From assembly GCA_039798785.1 (NCBI GenBank), contig JBDKFG010000041.1:1-47119 (forward strand): DNA of 47,119 nt, written 5' to 3'. Positions 45,315 to 47,119 of this stretch are shown here, in pieces (positions within the stretch are counted from its first letter, which is position 1; every line of letters begins with the position of its first letter). Under the pieces are notes generated by a model that saw only the letters and a list, made by a program, of their open reading frames with translations, ran no database searches and had not been told where the DNA came from. The DNA is from Verrucomicrobiota bacterium (lineage in GTDB: Bacteria; Verrucomicrobiota; Lentisphaeria; Lentisphaerales; Lentisphaeraceae). Both the position numbers and the translations under genes were made by a program.

Positions 45315-47119
45315 TTAAGCGAAGGGATCGATCACCATGGCGCTGAGGGCGCTGTTGATTTGCTCGAGGGTGCCGAAGGCATCGACGTAGGAAACCTGCA
45401 ATGAAATCGACTTGCCGGCTTCGTTGGCGCTGAGGGTCAAGGACGGGGCGTTGTTGCCCACGGCCTGGCCATCGGCGAGCCATAGGAAGTTGGTGCTGGG
45501 ATCCATCAGTCCGTAGCCGGTGAAGCCGTCGGCATCGGAGATCCCGGCGAGGCCTGCAAAGAGGTTCTGGCCGACTTCCAAGGTGCCGAAGATTGCCACA
45601 TCGCCGAGTGGGGCGTCGTTGACGTTGGCGACCGGGGCGCTGAGGCTGGAGCTGGATTCATGGAGCACACCACCGGATTGGGGCCAGGGAGCGGCTTCCC
45701 AGAAGGAGGCACGGACGCTGAGCGACTTGCCGACTTGTTCCTGGCTGAGAGTCAAGGTTTCGCCCATACCTTGGAACATTCCTTCGCTGTCAAACCAGGC
45801 GAAATTCCAGCCCGTGGTGTCGCTGAGGGTGTGGGTGGCGGTGAGGACCTGGCCTTGCTCGGCGATGCCGGAGAAGCCGATGTTGATGTCGAAGGGATCA
45901 GCCACCAAACCACTGATCGAGTGAGTGATCGTCTCGGCGGTGCCGTGAGCATCGACATAGGAAACTTGGACTGAAATCGACTTTCCAGATTCGTTGGCGC
46001 TGAGGGTTAAGGATGGGGCATTGCCCACGGCCTGACCATCTGCGAACCATTGGAAGTTGGTGCTGGGGTCCATCAGTCCGTAACCGGTGAAGCCGTCGGC
46101 ATCGGTGATATTTCCCAAATAGACGCTGAGAATCTCGCCGACTTCCAAGGTGCCGAAGATCATCACATCGCCGAGTGGGGCGTCGTTGACGTTGGCGACG
46201 GGGGAGGTGGGAGAGGAGCTGACTACAACTGAGCCAGAAGCTCCGAAGATAGTGGTGCGAACGCTGAGGGACTTTCCGACGTGTGCTTCGCTGAGGATCA
46301 AGCTGTTTCCGTAGCCTTGATACAATCCGTTTTCATCGACCCAGGAGAAGCCCAGGCCAAGGATGTCGATGTCATGATCGACAGTGAGAGTCTGCCCCTG
46401 GATGGCCTGTCCCAGAATGTTGATTTGAGCGACAGGCGCCGTCGGGATCGCGGCGACGGATTCGGCCGCGCCATCGCCGTCGACATAAGTTGCGGTCAAG
46501 TGAATGACTTTGCCGCTTAGTTCGCTCGTCATCAGAAGTCGGGCATTCGCCTGGATTTCCATGGCACGGATACCCGGGCTCATGGCGTAGCTGGTGTAGG
46601 ACCCCAGAACCGCATCGGCATCATCGGTCCAAGTTAAGGTGATGGGGCCCATGCCATCCAAATCACTGAGGTCGAATTGGGCGAAGAGTTCTTGGCCTAG
46701 GATGGCGTAGCCGCCGATGCTCAAACTGCCGGTGGGGGCAAAATTGACATTGCTCACCGCGGCAGTGCTGGCCGAGCTGACGCTTTCGACCTTGCCGAAA
46801 CCGTCGGTGTAAGAGGCCGTGACAGAGATGGTTTTGCCGACTTGATTCTGGTTCAGGGTCAAGCTGCTGCCATAACCGAGGAACTGACCTTCCTGGTCGC
46901 GCCAGGAGTAATTGGTGTAGACGAGAACCGGGATGCCGTCGGCATCTTGTAGGTTCTGAGAAACGGTGAGGGTTTGTCCTTGTGCGGCGGTGCCGGAGAT
47001 TGTGACTGAACCGGTGGGGGCGTCGTTGATGTTGGCAACAACCGCGGTGGCCGCAGAGGTGACACTTTCGACGGTGCCGAAGCCGTCGGTGTACGAAGCG
47101 ACGACGCTGATCGCTTTGC
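45315..47119 (-). CDS. Large repetitive surface/adhesin protein, 3' portion (5' end beyond window)
   Basis: The frame stays open to the window edge (KAISVVASYTDGFGTVESV...NINDAPTG). Repeated ~95-aa Ig/cadherin-like units: VNDAP.G.V.I.G...GQ.L...DADG...W...LTL...GKSISV..SY.D..G..E. Confidence 0.85.
   Translation of the reverse strand, partial: KAISVVASYTDGFGTVESVTSAATAVVANINDAPTGSVTISGTAAQGQTLTVSQNLQDADGIPVLVYTNYSWRDQEGQFLGYGSSLTLNQNQVGKTISVTASYTDGFGKVESVSSASTAAVSNVNFAPTGSLSIGGYAILGQELFAQFDLSDLDGMGPITLTWTDDADAVLGSYTSYAMSPGIRAMEIQANARLLMTSELSGKVIHLTATYVDGDGAAESVAAIPTAPVAQINILGQAIQGQTLTVDHDIDILGLGFSWVDENGLYQGYGNSLILSEAHVGKSLSVRTTIFGASGSVVVSSSPTSPVANVNDAPLGDVMIFGTLEVGEILSVYLGNITDADGFTGYGLMDPSTNFQWFADGQAVGNAPSLTLSANESGKSISVQVSYVDAHGTAETITHSISGLVADPFDINIGFSGIAEQGQVLTATHTLSDTTGWNFAWFDSEGMFQGMGETLTLSQEQVGKSLSVRASFWEAAPWPQSGGVLHESSSSLSAPVANVNDAPLGDVAIFGTLEVGQNLFAGLAGISDADGFTGYGLMDPSTNFLWLADGQAVGNNAPSLTLSANEAGKSISLQVSYVDAFGTLEQINSALSAMVIDPFA

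Overview
A GC-rich bacterial chromosomal segment, most likely from the PVC superphylum (Verrucomicrobiota/Lentisphaerota-like). This is inferred from the PVC-style prepilin cassette, the nusB-ftsY linkage and several Verrucomicrobia-type hypothetical proteins. Genes, in window order: a GldA/GldF-GldG/DUF4340 ABC operon, a flotillin, a lipoprotein, an AAA ATPase, an alpha/beta-hydrolase fused to an NlpC/P60-like domain, an aldehyde dehydrogenase, nadB, trmB, a GT-C glycosyltransferase and an epimerase, a truncated SecA paralogue downstream of dxr, an O-antigen-ligase-like protein, purE, ftsY, nusB, BLUF and SH3 proteins, an M81 peptidase, a CobW-family GTPase, agmatine deiminase, an AT-rich four-gene minor-pilin cassette, ligA, and the 3' end of a large repeat surface protein. 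The most notable unexplained feature is a self-contained unit at about 19567-20174. It has a sigma70-like promoter, then a ~160-nt multi-hairpin RNA whose closing helix competes with a helix covering the downstream start codon, then a 78-aa basic protein and a terminator. Also notable are a dispersed MITE/REP-like family built on GGTTGAAA octamers and a nested REP-like cluster at 35650-36295. All calls were made by eye from motifs; no database searches were run.
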